The position numbers and the translations under genes were made by a program. A stretch of 64,000 nt of DNA from NCBI GenBank assembly GCA_963702475.1, contig CAVPCT010000005.1, forward strand, positions 512,001 to 576,000, written 5' to 3'. The notes beneath the pieces were generated by a model, which did no database searches, was not told the origin of the DNA, and saw nothing but the letters and a program-made list of their open reading frames with translations. Positions 12,983-22,704 of the stretch are shown here, piece by piece (the stretch's first letter is position 1; each line of letters begins with the position of its first letter). The stretch is from an uncultured Thermoleophilia bacterium (GTDB lineage: Bacteria; Actinomycetota; Thermoleophilia; UBA2241).

Positions 12983-13820
12983 CGTCGCCCGCCTCCGGCG
13001 CGGAGGCGACTGCGCCGGCCTCATCCTGTTCCTCGTCGTCGTCGCCGCCCAGGTAGGCGGCGATCACCACAGGGTCGAGCTGGATCATGCGCGGCGGGCC
13101 CTCGGCGATCTTGCGGCCGCGGTCGAGCACGACGATCTCGTCCGAGACGTCCATGACGAGGCCCATGTCGTGCTCGACGATCACGACCGTCGCGCCGGCG
13201 TCGCGCACGCGGAACAACGTGTGCAGGAGCTCGCGGGTCTCGCCGGCGTTGAGACCGGCGGCCGGCTCGTCGAGCAGCAGCAGACGCGGGCGCGTGGCGA
13301 GCGCGCGCGCGATCTCGACCAGGCGTCGGATGCCGGCGGGCAGGTCGGCGGCCGGCACATCCACCCACTCCTCGATGCCGATGAGGCGAAGCAGGCGGCC
13401 GGCCTCCTCGCGCGCCTCGCGGTCTTCGGCGGTCGCGCCCGGCAGGCGCAGCAAGGCCGCGGTGAAGCCCTTGCCCTGGTGCGCCTGCCGGCCGACCATG
13501 ACGTTCTCGCCGGCGGTGAGCTCGTCGAAGAGCTGCGTGTTCTGGAACGTGCGGGCGAGGCCGGCGCGGACCACGTCGCGCGGGCGCCGGCCGACGAGCT
13601 CCTTGCCCTCGAACAACACCGACCCGCCGTCCGGCTTCTCGAACCCGGTCAGAGCGTTGAACAGGGTGGACTTGCCCGCGCCGTTGGGCCCGATGAGGGC
13701 CTTGATGGTGCCGGAGACCACGTCGAACGACACGTCGTCCACGGCGGTGAGCCCGCCGAAGCGCTTGGTCACGTGCCGCACCCGCAGAAGGCGGAGCGGT
13801 TCACCTGCGACGGCACTCAC
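12975..13820 (-). CDS. livG: Branched-chain amino-acid-type ABC ATPase (LivG family)
   Basis: FGGLTAVDDVSF, GPNGAGKST, ARTFQN, LLDEPAAGL; GTG start overlaps the livM stop. Confidence 0.92.
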   Translation of the reverse strand: MSAVAGEPLRLLRVRHVTKRFGGLTAVDDVSFDVVSGTIKALIGPNGAGKSTLFNALTGFEKPDGGSVLFEGKELVGRRPRDVVRAGLARTFQNTQLFDELTAGENVMVGRQAHQGKGFTAALLRLPGATAEDREAREEAGRLLRLIGIEEWVDVPAADLPAGIRRLVEIARALATRPRLLLLDEPAAGLNAGETRELLHTLFRVRDAGATVVIVEHDMGLVMDVSDEIVVLDRGRKIAEGPPRMIQLDPVVIAAYLGGDDDEEQDEAGAVASAPEAGDDA

Positions 13821-14800
13821 GGCGGCACCTCCTCCCCGCGGTGCCGGCGCCGCCAGATGCCACCGAGGCCGCGCGGCGCGAAGATCACCACGAGGATGAT
13901 GGCGAGCGCGTAGATGTCCTCGCGATACTCCTGCAGCGCCTGCGACGTGGACCGCGGCACGCCGGGGATGAGCGCGTCGAAGTACTGCAGCAGCGTGAGC
14001 AGGACCGCGGCCAGGAGCGGCCCGGCCAGCGAGCCCGTGCCACCGATGACGGCCATGGCCATGAACGTGACCGAGGCCGTGAGCGTGAACACGCTGGGCG
14101 AGACGAAGCCGACGACGCCCGCGTAGAGCGCGCCGGCGAGGCCGGCGATGACCGCACTGAGCACGAAGGTGCGCACCTTGACGCCGACCACGTCGACGCC
14201 GCTGGCCTGCGCGCCCAGCTCGCTGCCGTGCAGGGCGCGCATGGCGCGCCCCGGGCGCAGCGAGCTGACGTTCCAGGCGATCAGGAGGGCGATGCCGACG
14301 ATGCCCCACACCAGCCAGTACAGCGACGACGCCGTGCGGAACTCGAACGGTCCCAGCGCGGGGAATGGGATGCCGGTGAAGCCGTCGACACCGCCGGTGA
14401 TGGGCTCGGCCTCCTTGAAGGTGAGCGCCATCAGCTCCCCGAAGCCGAGCGTGGCCACGGCGAGGTAGTAGCCTTTGAGCCGCAGGCTGGGCACCGCCAG
14501 CACAAGACCGCCCAGAGCGGAGACGGCGCCGGCGGCGACGAACCCCAGGATCCACGGCCAGTGCAGCTGCACCGTGCAGTAGGCGGCGGCGTAGGCGCCG
14601 ATGCCCACGAAGGCGGCGTGCCCCAGAGACACCTGTCCGGCGTAGCCGAACAGCAGCGAGAGGCCCACCACGACCAGCGCGTTGACGCCGGCGAACGTGA
14701 ACACCTTGAGCACGAAGCGGTCCGTGACCACGAGCGGCAGCACCGCCACGATGAAGGCGATGATGAACGGCGCGAGGGCCCGCAGCGTGCGCGCGTTCAC
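13817..14800 (-). CDS. livM: ABC permease (LivM family)
   Basis: GYAGQVSLGHAAFVGIGAY, LRLKGYYLAVATLGF. Confidence 0.92.
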   Translation of the reverse strand: MNARTLRALAPFIIAFIVAVLPLVVTDRFVLKVFTFAGVNALVVVGLSLLFGYAGQVSLGHAAFVGIGAYAAAYCTVQLHWPWILGFVAAGAVSALGGLVLAVPSLRLKGYYLAVATLGFGELMALTFKEAEPITGGVDGFTGIPFPALGPFEFRTASSLYWLVWGIVGIALLIAWNVSSLRPGRAMRALHGSELGAQASGVDVVGVKVRTFVLSAVIAGLAGALYAGVVGFVSPSVFTLTASVTFMAMAVIGGTGSLAGPLLAAVLLTLLQYFDALIPGVPRSTSQALQEYREDIYALAIILVVIFAPRGLGGIWRRRHRGEEVPP

Positions 14801-15669
14801 AGCTTCTCCCTGCCCGACCCGCCGAGGATGCCCTGCGGGCGCACGAAGAGCACGAGCAGGAGCACGATCATGGCGACGGCGTCCTTGTACACCGGGTCGA
14901 CATACCCGGCCACCAGCGCCTCGAGCAGCCCGAGCAGCAGACCGCCGCAGACCGCGCCTACCGGGTCACCGAGGCCGCCGAGCACGGCGGCGGCGAAGCC
15001 CTTGACGCCCATGCCGGCGCCGACGCTGAAGGCCGTCTGCGTGAGCGGCGTGACGGTGATGCCGGCCACGGCGCCGAGCCCGGCCGCCAGTGCGAACGAC
15101 GCCGTGACCATCAAGCTGACGTTGACGCCGACCAGGCGGGCGGCGTCGCGGCGGATCGCCGTGGCCCGCATGGCCTTGCCGAACGCCGTGCGGCGGTAGA
15201 GCAGGGCCAGCACGGCCACGGCGACGACCGTGACCACCCAGATCCAGACGGTCTGCCGCTCGATGGCCGCGCCGAACACCTTGAACGAGGCCCCGGCGTT
15301 GAACGGATCGAGCGGCCGTTCGTCAGGACCCAGGAAGTGCAGCGTGAGCTGCCGCAGCAGGACGGCGCCGCCGATGGTGACGATGATGATGCGCAGCGGG
15401 TCGCCGTCCTTGATGGGGCGCACGGCCAGGAGCTCGAAGGCCGCGCCGATGGCTGCGGTGGCGGCGACCGCCGCCACCGCAGCCAGGGGTAGCGGCAGAC
15501 CCAGCTGCCAGAAGGCGACACCGAGCATCCCGCCGAGCATGAAGAACTCGCCCTGGGCGAAGTTGATCGCCCGGGTGGCCGCGAACACGATAGTGAAACC
15601 GAGTGCGACGAGCGCGTAGATCGCGCCGTTCTTCAGCCCTGCGATGAGGAACTGCAGCAGCTCGCTCAC
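14797..15669 (-). CDS. livH: ABC permease (LivH family)
   Basis: YALVALGFT, INFAQGEF, FAAAVLGGLG, RPQGILG. Confidence 0.92.
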   Translation of the reverse strand: MSELLQFLIAGLKNGAIYALVALGFTIVFAATRAINFAQGEFFMLGGMLGVAFWQLGLPLPLAAVAAVAATAAIGAAFELLAVRPIKDGDPLRIIIVTIGGAVLLRQLTLHFLGPDERPLDPFNAGASFKVFGAAIERQTVWIWVVTVVAVAVLALLYRRTAFGKAMRATAIRRDAARLVGVNVSLMVTASFALAAGLGAVAGITVTPLTQTAFSVGAGMGVKGFAAAVLGGLGDPVGAVCGGLLLGLLEALVAGYVDPVYKDAVAMIVLLLVLFVRPQGILGGSGREKL

Positions 15670-15694
15670 GGGACGCCCTTGTCAGCTCGCCCCG

Positions 15695-16926
15695 TTACTG
15701 CACCAGGGTCCAGTCGCCGTCCTTGATCTGGTACATGGTGAGGTCCTCGCACGGTGAGGCCGTTGTGGTCCTCGGGCGTGAAGGTGAAGGTGCCGCCGGT
15801 GCCGACCCAGCCGGTCGGTCTGCTCGATGGCGTCGCGCAGGGCCTCGGGCGTGAGGTCGCCCTCCACGCTCTTGGCCGCCTCCACCACGAGGTAGAGGGC
15901 GTCGTACGCGTAGCCGGCGAACGTGCTCGGCGTCTCGCCGTAGGCGGCCTGGTAGCGGTCGATGAACTCGGTGGCCACCGTGTATGCCTCCGTGCCCTCG
16001 CCGTAGGCCTCGGGCATGAGGATCTTGCCGGCGGGGAAGGTGACGCCCTCGGCGGCGTCGCCGGCGCCCTCGATGAACTCGCGGCGGGCGATGCCGTGGC
16101 TGCCGAAGACGGGCAGGTCGACGCCCAGGTCCTTGGCGTTCTTGACGATGGTGGCCGCCTCGGCGCCGGCCGTCCACATCACGACCGCCTCGGCGCCGGA
16201 GCCCTTGATCTTGGTGAGCTGCGCGCTCATGTCGGCGTCGCCGGGGTTGAAGGACTCGTCGTCGACGATCTCGATGCCGTAGTTGGGCGCCTCGGCCGCT
16301 ATGACGGCCTGGCCGTCCTTGCCGAAGCCGCCGCTGTCGCTGATGAGGCCGATCTTGGTGATGCCCTGGTCCTTGAGGTACTGGAGCGTGAACGGCACCA
16401 CGATGAGGTTGGACCAGGGAGTCGCGAACACAAGGGGATCCACGGGATTGGTGATGGCGGTGGCGCCCGCCATGGAGACCTGCGGGATGCCGGCGCGCTG
16501 CACGTCGCCGCGCACGGCCATGGTCTGACCGGAGCCGGTGGCGCCGATGATGGCCACCACCTCGTCCTGCTCGATGAGCTTGGCCGCGGCGGCCACAGCC
16601 TTGGCCTCGTCGGTGGCGTCGTCCTCGACGATGACCTCGAGCGGACGGCCGTTGATGCCGCCGGCGTCGTTGATGCGCTGCACTTCCATGTCGATGACGT
16701 TCTTCTCGCCCTCGCCGAGGCCGGCGTAGGTGCCGGTGAGCGAGACGATCGCGCCGACCTTGATGGGTTCGCCGGAAGCAGCGCCGGGGCTCGCGGAGCT
16801 CTCCGAGCCGCCGCCGTCACCGCTGCTCCCGCAGCCGGCTATGGTCAGGGCGAGTGCCGCCGCCAGCGCCGCGATCAGGTACGCCATCTGCAGTCTGAGT
16901 CTCCGTCCGCGCATCATGTCCCCCAT
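15695..16926 (-). CDS. Leu/Ile/Val-type substrate-binding lipoprotein; two frameshifts near the 3' end (about 15750 and 15815)
   Basis: Lipobox IAGC, INDAGGINGRPLEV; the C-terminus GWVGTGGTFTFTPEDHNGL...YQIKDGDWTLVQ is split across frames. Confidence 0.87.
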
Positions 16927-17157
16927 GAGGTCATTGGGCCGCCGGCACGTGCCGGCGGCTGAGCAGTCAGCCTGCGCAAGCGCAGGCCGGACGGGTGCGC
17001 GACGGTGTGGACGCGCCCCCGTCCGTCCCCCCGGGCGGGTGCCCGGAGGATGCGGAATGATAGCACGACGGGAGTGGAAACCGGTCGGGACGCGCCTCCG
17101 GGCAAGGCCGCCGCGCGCGTGGACCGGAGCCTGCGCCGGCCGCGCGCGGCGGCGAGG

Positions 17158-18279
17158 TCAGCCGAAGACGGCGCGCAGGTAGTAGGCCCAGAACGCGGGG
17201 ATCTCGCGCACGACCATGGCGCCGGTGCGCTCGCTGGCAGGCGCCGGCACGGTGAGCACGTCCCAGCCGGCGCCGGCGTACGCCAGCTTGATGCGCGGCA
17301 GGTGGTAGTACTGGCTCACGGCGAGGACGCGGTCCCAGCCCTCGCCGCCGAAGAACGGCCTGGTGTCGTGCACGGTCGCGTCGGTGTCGACACCGTTCGA
17401 GTCGATCACCACGTCCTCCGCCGGCACACCGGCCTGCACGGCCATGTCGCGCATCACGAGGGCCTCGTTGTAGCCGCTGTCGCCGACGCCGCCGGACACC
17501 AGGATGCGCGAGACCAGCCCATCCTTGTAGAGCTGTTCGGCCGTCGCCATGCGCTCGCGCAGCGCCGTGGACGGCCGGCCGTCGTCGTGGACCTGGGCGC
17601 CGAACACCACCGCGACGTCGGCGGCGCGGCGATAGTCGGTCATGCCGAAGAAGTAGACCTGCGCGACCGGGAACGCCAGGGCGCAGGCCGCGGCGGCGGC
17701 GCAGAGCACCGCCGCGGCCGGCCACCCGCGCGGCGCGGGGTCGCGCAGCGCCGCCCAGAGTACGTAGCACAGCAGCGCCGCCACCACCGCCGACAGCGGC
17801 AGGGGCACGCCCGGAGCGATCTGCCCCGCCGCCCACACCCGGTAGAAGTCCACGGCGTTGTACACCGCCGCGGCGGCGAAGAAGGCGACCAGCGCGACCG
17901 TGAGCCAGCGGCGCCACGGCGCCATGGCTGGAGCCACGGCATAGGCCACGAAGGCGACGCCCGCCGCCGCGAGCAGGATGGCCGCCCCCAGCTTGGGTAC
18001 GTAGGGCACGGCGACCCACCACATGTTGGCGTCGAAGGAGCCGTCGCGGAGCAGCCCGACGGTGTTGACCAGGGTGAAGCCGCCGACGAAGAACGCGACG
18101 CCCCGGGCCGGCGCGGCCGCGATCCAGTTGCGCCGCTTCTTCGCAGGCTCAGCAGGAAGCGGCGCCTCGTACTGCGTCCAGCCCGGTCCCGGCGGCTGCG
18201 ACAGTACGGCATGCGACCCCTCTCCGGACGCGCCGCTTGTGGTGACGCGGACGTCTGCGTCGGAGGGGCCCAGGCTCAT
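17158..18279 (-). CDS. YdcF/SanA (DUF218) domain membrane protein
   Basis: Several TM segments, then VVFGAQV, ILVSGG, GVDT, VSQYYHLPR, RE; leaderless -10 TACAGT lies 7 nt upstream. Confidence 0.85.
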   Translation of the reverse strand: MSLGPSDADVRVTTSGASGEGSHAVLSQPPGPGWTQYEAPLPAEPAKKRRNWIAAAPARGVAFFVGGFTLVNTVGLLRDGSFDANMWWVAVPYVPKLGAAILLAAAGVAFVAYAVAPAMAPWRRWLTVALVAFFAAAAVYNAVDFYRVWAAGQIAPGVPLPLSAVVAALLCYVLWAALRDPAPRGWPAAAVLCAAAAACALAFPVAQVYFFGMTDYRRAADVAVVFGAQVHDDGRPSTALRERMATAEQLYKDGLVSRILVSGGVGDSGYNEALVMRDMAVQAGVPAEDVVIDSNGVDTDATVHDTRPFFGGEGWDRVLAVSQYYHLPRIKLAYAGAGWDVLTVPAPASERTGAMVVREIPAFWAYYLRAVFG

Positions 18280-18895
18280 GCGCCAGACTGTATCACGCCG
18301 TCACGGGGCCGCGGCCGGCGCCGAGCACAGTCCGGCCGCCATCCTCGGGACCACGTTCTTCGCCGGGGTGCTGGACAGGGTGGTCGCCGTGGACCAGTAC
18401 GGCCGCGAGGACGCACCCCTGTTGCGGATGCTGCGCGAGGTGCCCGTCGTGCGCCTGGTCCTGGTCGACCTCGCTGCGGTGGGCTTGATCGTCCTCGGCA
18501 TGGTGGCGTTCGTCGTGCCGGGCCTGATCCTCGCGGTCCTCCTCGGAGTGGTCGGTCCCGTGCTCGTGATCGAGGACCTGAGTGTGCGGCAGGCGCTCAA
18601 GCGATCGGTCCGACTGGTCCTCCCGCACTTCTTCCTGGTGTTCCTGCTCGTCCTCGTCCCGGCCGGCCTGGAGGAGTCGCTTGTGGATTGGGCGGAGCAC
18701 GGTGCGCACCGCAACGTCCCGTTGTGGCTCGTCGTGGACGTGGCGCTGACAGCCGTGGTCGCCTCCCTGGTCGGCATGCTCGAGATCACGCTCGCGCACG
18801 ACCTCATCGCCGACCGCGCGTGGCGGCGCGGCCGGGAGGCGGCAGCCGCGGGGCCGGGGACAGGCGCCGACACGGGGCCGGGGCCGGCCGCCTGA
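18278..18895 (+). CDS. Integral membrane protein, probably N-terminally truncated
   Basis: Strong GC3 bias and hydrophobic helices (FVVPGLIL...VLVIEDLSVRQALKRSVRLV). The only nearby ATG overlaps the divergent gene's ATG and has no RBS. Confidence 0.5.
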   Translation: MRQTVSRRHGAAAGAEHSPAAILGTTFFAGVLDRVVAVDQYGREDAPLLRMLREVPVVRLVLVDLAAVGLIVLGMVAFVVPGLILAVLLGVVGPVLVIEDLSVRQALKRSVRLVLPHFFLVFLLVLVPAGLEESLVDWAEHGAHRNVPLWLVVDVALTAVVASLVGMLEITLAHDLIADRAWRRGREAAAAGPGTGADTGPGPAA

Positions 18896-19015
18896 GCAGC
18901 GCGGCCGGCCCCGTGTCAAAGGGCCCGGCGGCGCCGGGAGGGGGCGGCGCCGCCGGATGAGGCGCCTTCAAGGCCGGCGCGGGCGCGCCGGCCGCCGAGG
19001 CGCCAGGGTCGGGTC

Positions 19016-19957
19016 TCAGGACCAGGACATGCTCTGCACGTACCTCTCGGCGGCGGCCGCGGCCGTGGACCCTTCGGCCACGGCCGTCGCGATCATGCGG
19101 ACCTTGCCCGGGTACGCGGCATAGTCGCCGACTGCGAACACACCGGGGATGCGCGTCTTCATGGCCGAGTCCACGTCCAGGTGCGAGCCGTCCAGGCCAA
19201 GGTCCCAGGCACGTACGCCGCTGAGCTCCGGCACCTGCCCGATGCTGACCAGCACCAGGTCGGCCGGCACCTCGACAACCGACCCGTCGGTGCGCTTGAC
19301 CACCACGCTCTCGAGGCGGTCCGCGCCCCTGATGCCCACGACTTCACCGTTGCTCACGAGCCCGATGCCGGCCTCGAGGAACCGGTCCTGCGTGTGCGCG
19401 AAGCCGCGGAACCGGTCGCGGCGGCGCACCACCGTCACCTCGGCCACCTCGCGCAGCGAGAGGGCGGTGTCGAGCGCCGAGTCGCCGCCGCCGACCACAA
19501 CCACCCGCCGCGCCTCGATCTCCTCAAGGGGCGGCAGGCGGTAGGTCAGGCCCTTGCCCTCGTAGCGGGCCTCGTCGGGGATGCCCAGGCGACGGGGCGA
19601 GAAGCGGCCCAGCCCGAGTGCGAGGACCAGAGCGCGCGCTTCGTCCCGGCGGAAGTCCGTGCGCAGAAGGTACCCGCCGCTCTCCGACAGGCCGACGTGC
19701 TCGACGGGCCGTCGCTCACGCAACTCCGCGCCGAAGCGCTCCGCCTGTTCGGCGAGCCGCAGCGCCAGCTCTCGTGACGGCAGCGGCTCCTGCGCCGGGA
19801 AGTTGCTCACCGGCTTGGTCGGGTACATGTTGACGAGCTGGCCGCCGAACGCTTCCGCCTCCAGCACGATGGTGGTCAACCCGCGCAGGCCGGCGTACAT
19901 GCCCGTCGACAGGCCCGCCGGCCCTCCCCCGACCACCGCCACGTCGTAGGTGCTCAT
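19016..19957 (-). CDS. TrxB-type ferredoxin-NADP+ reductase (YumC-like)
   Basis: GGGPAG, GGQLVNMYPTK, GGGDSALD, FAVGD...YPGK; lacks the CxxC of true thioredoxin reductase. Confidence 0.8.
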   Translation of the reverse strand: MSTYDVAVVGGGPAGLSTGMYAGLRGLTTIVLEAEAFGGQLVNMYPTKPVSNFPAQEPLPSRELALRLAEQAERFGAELRERRPVEHVGLSESGGYLLRTDFRRDEARALVLALGLGRFSPRRLGIPDEARYEGKGLTYRLPPLEEIEARRVVVVGGGDSALDTALSLREVAEVTVVRRRDRFRGFAHTQDRFLEAGIGLVSNGEVVGIRGADRLESVVVKRTDGSVVEVPADLVLVSIGQVPELSGVRAWDLGLDGSHLDVDSAMKTRIPGVFAVGDYAAYPGKVRMIATAVAEGSTAAAAAERYVQSMSWS

Positions 19958-20240
19958 CTCGCCTCCTCCCCGCCGTTGTCGCCCTCGGAGACCCAGCGGG
20001 CGCTTACCTGTCCTGTTACGATTATGCACACGCACGAAACTTCCCAAGCGGTACCGTCCAGCGGCAGGAGACCACGGGCGGAGCGGTCCGCGGTCGCTGC
20101 GCCAGAGCACCCGGAACGCCTCGAGACCCCGGGCTCCGCAACGATGATCGACGGCCGCGACCTTGACGACGCGACTACGATGTTCGGCATACTCGTGATA
20201 TGCCTTTCTGCATGGGTCCACGGAGCGACAGGAGTCTGAG

Positions 20241-20657
20241 ATGAACAAACGGGTCACGACCATCCTCGTCCTGTGTTTTGGCCTGGCACTGATCGCAGGC
20301 CTCGCGGCGGCGTCGGAGGCGCGGGCCGCCTACTTCACCAGCAAGCCCGCGCTGTCGGCGGCGCCGAAGAAGGACGTGCCCTTCCGGGCCTCCGGCTACT
20401 TCACGCCGAAGTCCACGGCGAGCTCGCCGGCCAAGGTGAAGATCATCCTCTGGATGGAGTACGGCGACGACGGCTACGGCGTGATGGACACGTACTGGGC
20501 CAAGGTCGCCAAACGCGCCGGCGGCAAGGTGGGCAGCGCGTACTCGATCACCATCACCATCCCCATGAAGGGCAAGCACGGCGTGCAGGCCATCCAGTAC
20601 CGGGGCGGCAAGAAGGTCTCGTCGTCGAAGACCGTGTACTTCGACGTCCTGCCGTGA
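20241..20657 (+). CDS. Secreted basic hypothetical protein
   Basis: AGGAG RBS, signal peptide ending ARA, Lys-rich beta-type mature part, strong codon bias. Confidence 0.75.
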   Translation: MNKRVTTILVLCFGLALIAGLAAASEARAAYFTSKPALSAAPKKDVPFRASGYFTPKSTASSPAKVKIILWMEYGDDGYGVMDTYWAKVAKRAGGKVGSAYSITITIPMKGKHGVQAIQYRGGKKVSSSKTVYFDVLP

Positions 20658-20685
20658 TCCGCGGTGTGACAGGGAGGGCCGCCAA

Positions 20686-21219
20686 GTGACCGGGGCAGGG
20701 TCGCGCCGCACCGAGATCCTGGTGTTCGTGGGCGTCGTGGCCGCAGCCGTCGTCGCGATCGTCGCCGTCTCTCTCGCGCTACGGCCGCCGCCCGACATGC
20801 CGGTCACGGCCGGAGCCGGCCAGGCCTCGGCCTCGCCGGCCTTCTCCTCGTCGTCCCCCCAGCCGGCCGCGGCGACCGGCGAGCCGCAGGTATGCGCGAG
20901 CTGCTGGGGCGACGGCGGGCCCGACCCGACGGTCGCCGGAGAGGCGGAGGTGGTGGACGGCGTCCAGATCGTACGCGTCGGGGTCGAGGGCGGCTACTAC
21001 GTGCCCAACGAGTTCACGGTGGAGGCCGGCCTGCCGGTGACCGTCGTCTTCAGCGGTCCGGCCGAGGGCTGTCTGGCCGAGCCGGAGTTCCCGGACCTCG
21101 GGGCGAAGGCCGACTTCTCCGGCGGCAGCGCCACCATGGAGCTGGGCGCGCTCTCGCCCGGGTCGTACCCGTTCACCTGTAGCATGGGCGTGAACGAAGG
21201 CCATATCACCGTGCAGTGA
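20686..21219 (+). CDS. Membrane-anchored cupredoxin-domain protein
   Basis: N-terminal TM, CASC, GYYVPNEFTVEAGLPV, GC, YPFTCSMG. Confidence 0.8.
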   Translation: MTGAGSRRTEILVFVGVVAAAVVAIVAVSLALRPPPDMPVTAGAGQASASPAFSSSSPQPAAATGEPQVCASCWGDGGPDPTVAGEAEVVDGVQIVRVGVEGGYYVPNEFTVEAGLPVTVVFSGPAEGCLAEPEFPDLGAKADFSGGSATMELGALSPGSYPFTCSMGVNEGHITVQ

Positions 21220-21291
21220 CGTGCGACGCGACGGGGGCCTGCAGGCGCGCCCGGAGCCGCATCGCACCGACCATCCCTCAGGAGGACGACC

Positions 21292-21813
21292 GTGAAAGTG
21301 CTCGCCTTGCTCATCGTGCTGGCCGGACTGGTCATCGCCATCGTGCCGCAGTACACCAACTGCGAGGCCGGCAGCGACGCGGCGTCCACGGCGTCGCGGG
21401 GTAACGGCGCGGCGGTGGCGGCGGCTGCAGACACCGCCGCACCCGACAGCCTGTTCGCGAGCATGGAGACCGTCGTCGCCAGCAGCATCGTCCCCAAGAT
21501 GAAGTGCTTCTGGAGCGCACGCGGCGGCCTGGTGGTGGGCATCACGCTGGCCGTCGCCGGCGGTCTGCTGTTCTTCGCGCGGCGCCGGGAGACGAGACGC
21601 GCTCTGGCGATCGTCTCCGCCTGCCTCGGCCTGTTCGCGATCCTCGTACCGGCGTCGCTCATCGGGACCTGCGGCGCCGAGACGATGATCTGCAACACCA
21701 CGATGAAGCCGTTGATGATGGTCGCCGGCGGCATCGCGGTGGCGGCAAGCGTGGCGGTGCTGGTGGTGAACGAGCTCAGGCGCGAGGGTCCGCCGGAGAC
21801 CGCGGCGAGCTGA
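21292..21813 (+). CDS. DUF4418-like membrane protein
   Basis: MKCFWSAR and IGTCGAETMICNTTMKP Cys pattern, four TM segments. Confidence 0.75.
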   Translation: MKVLALLIVLAGLVIAIVPQYTNCEAGSDAASTASRGNGAAVAAAADTAAPDSLFASMETVVASSIVPKMKCFWSARGGLVVGITLAVAGGLLFFARRRETRRALAIVSACLGLFAILVPASLIGTCGAETMICNTTMKPLMMVAGGIAVAASVAVLVVNELRREGPPETAAS

Positions 21814-21875
21814 GGGAGCGCCCCGCGGCGGGCGGCGGGTCGGCGCGGGCGAAGCCGGCCGCCGGCCGCGGATCA

Positions 21876-22676
21876 TCACAGCGGCGTGTGCGGAGCGCAG
21901 CGCGGCAGGTCGCAGTCGAGCCGTCCGTCGCGCAGCACGATGGTCCTGTCGAAGTACGGCTGGATCTCCGCGTTGTGCGTGACCATCACGATGGTGTTGC
22001 CCTCGCGGTGCAGTTCCGCGAACAGCTCCATGATCTCCGCGGTCGTCTCGGTGTCGAGGGCGCCGGTGGGCTCGTCGGCGAGGATGAGCGGCGGCTCGTT
22101 GACGAGCGCGCGGGCGATGGCCACGCGCTCCTGCTCGCCGCCCGAGAGCTTGCCGGGAAGGTGACCGGGGCGCCCGGCGAGTCCCACGCGCTCGAGCACG
22201 GCGAGCGCGCGTGCGCGCTTCTTCGCCGCCGGCATCTTCTTCACCGCGAGCGGCAGGGTCACGTTCTCCAGCGCCGTCAGATACGGCACCAGATTGAACG
22301 CCTGGAACACGAATCCCAGATACTCACGACGGAAGTCGGCGAGCTTCTCCCCGGGCAGGGCGTACAGGTCGATGTCGTCGACGGTGACCGTGCCCGACGA
22401 AGGGTGCGTGAGCCCGCCGAGCATGGCCAGCACGGTGCTCTTGCCGGAGCCGGACTGGCCCATCACCCCGAGAAACGTGCCCTCGGGCACCACCAGGTCG
22501 AGGCCGCGCACGGCCTGCACCGGGGCGCCGTCGCCGGCGAAGGTCTTGACGAGGCCGCGCACCTCGATGAAACGGGCGCGGCGGTCGGCGTCGGTCGTCA
22601 AAGCGGCGGCCGCGCCGGTGTCGCCGGCGTCCTCAGCCGCCCGGAGCGTCTCGTACTCGGTCACCGTGCTGCTCAT
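21876..22676 (-). CDS. ABC ATP-binding protein (LolD/MacB family)
   Basis: GQSGSGKST, GFVFQAFNL, LSGGEQERVAIARAL, LADEPTGALD. Confidence 0.92.
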   Translation of the reverse strand: MSSTVTEYETLRAAEDAGDTGAAAALTTDADRRARFIEVRGLVKTFAGDGAPVQAVRGLDLVVPEGTFLGVMGQSGSGKSTVLAMLGGLTHPSSGTVTVDDIDLYALPGEKLADFRREYLGFVFQAFNLVPYLTALENVTLPLAVKKMPAAKKRARALAVLERVGLAGRPGHLPGKLSGGEQERVAIARALVNEPPLILADEPTGALDTETTAEIMELFAELHREGNTIVMVTHNAEIQPYFDRTIVLRDGRLDCDLPRCAPHTPL

Positions 22677-22704
22677 CGTTCCTCGCTATCGTCCGCGCCG
22701 CGCC

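Noticed and set aside
19016-19957. Thioredoxin reductase (trxB)
   Set aside because: The redox-active CxxC is absent
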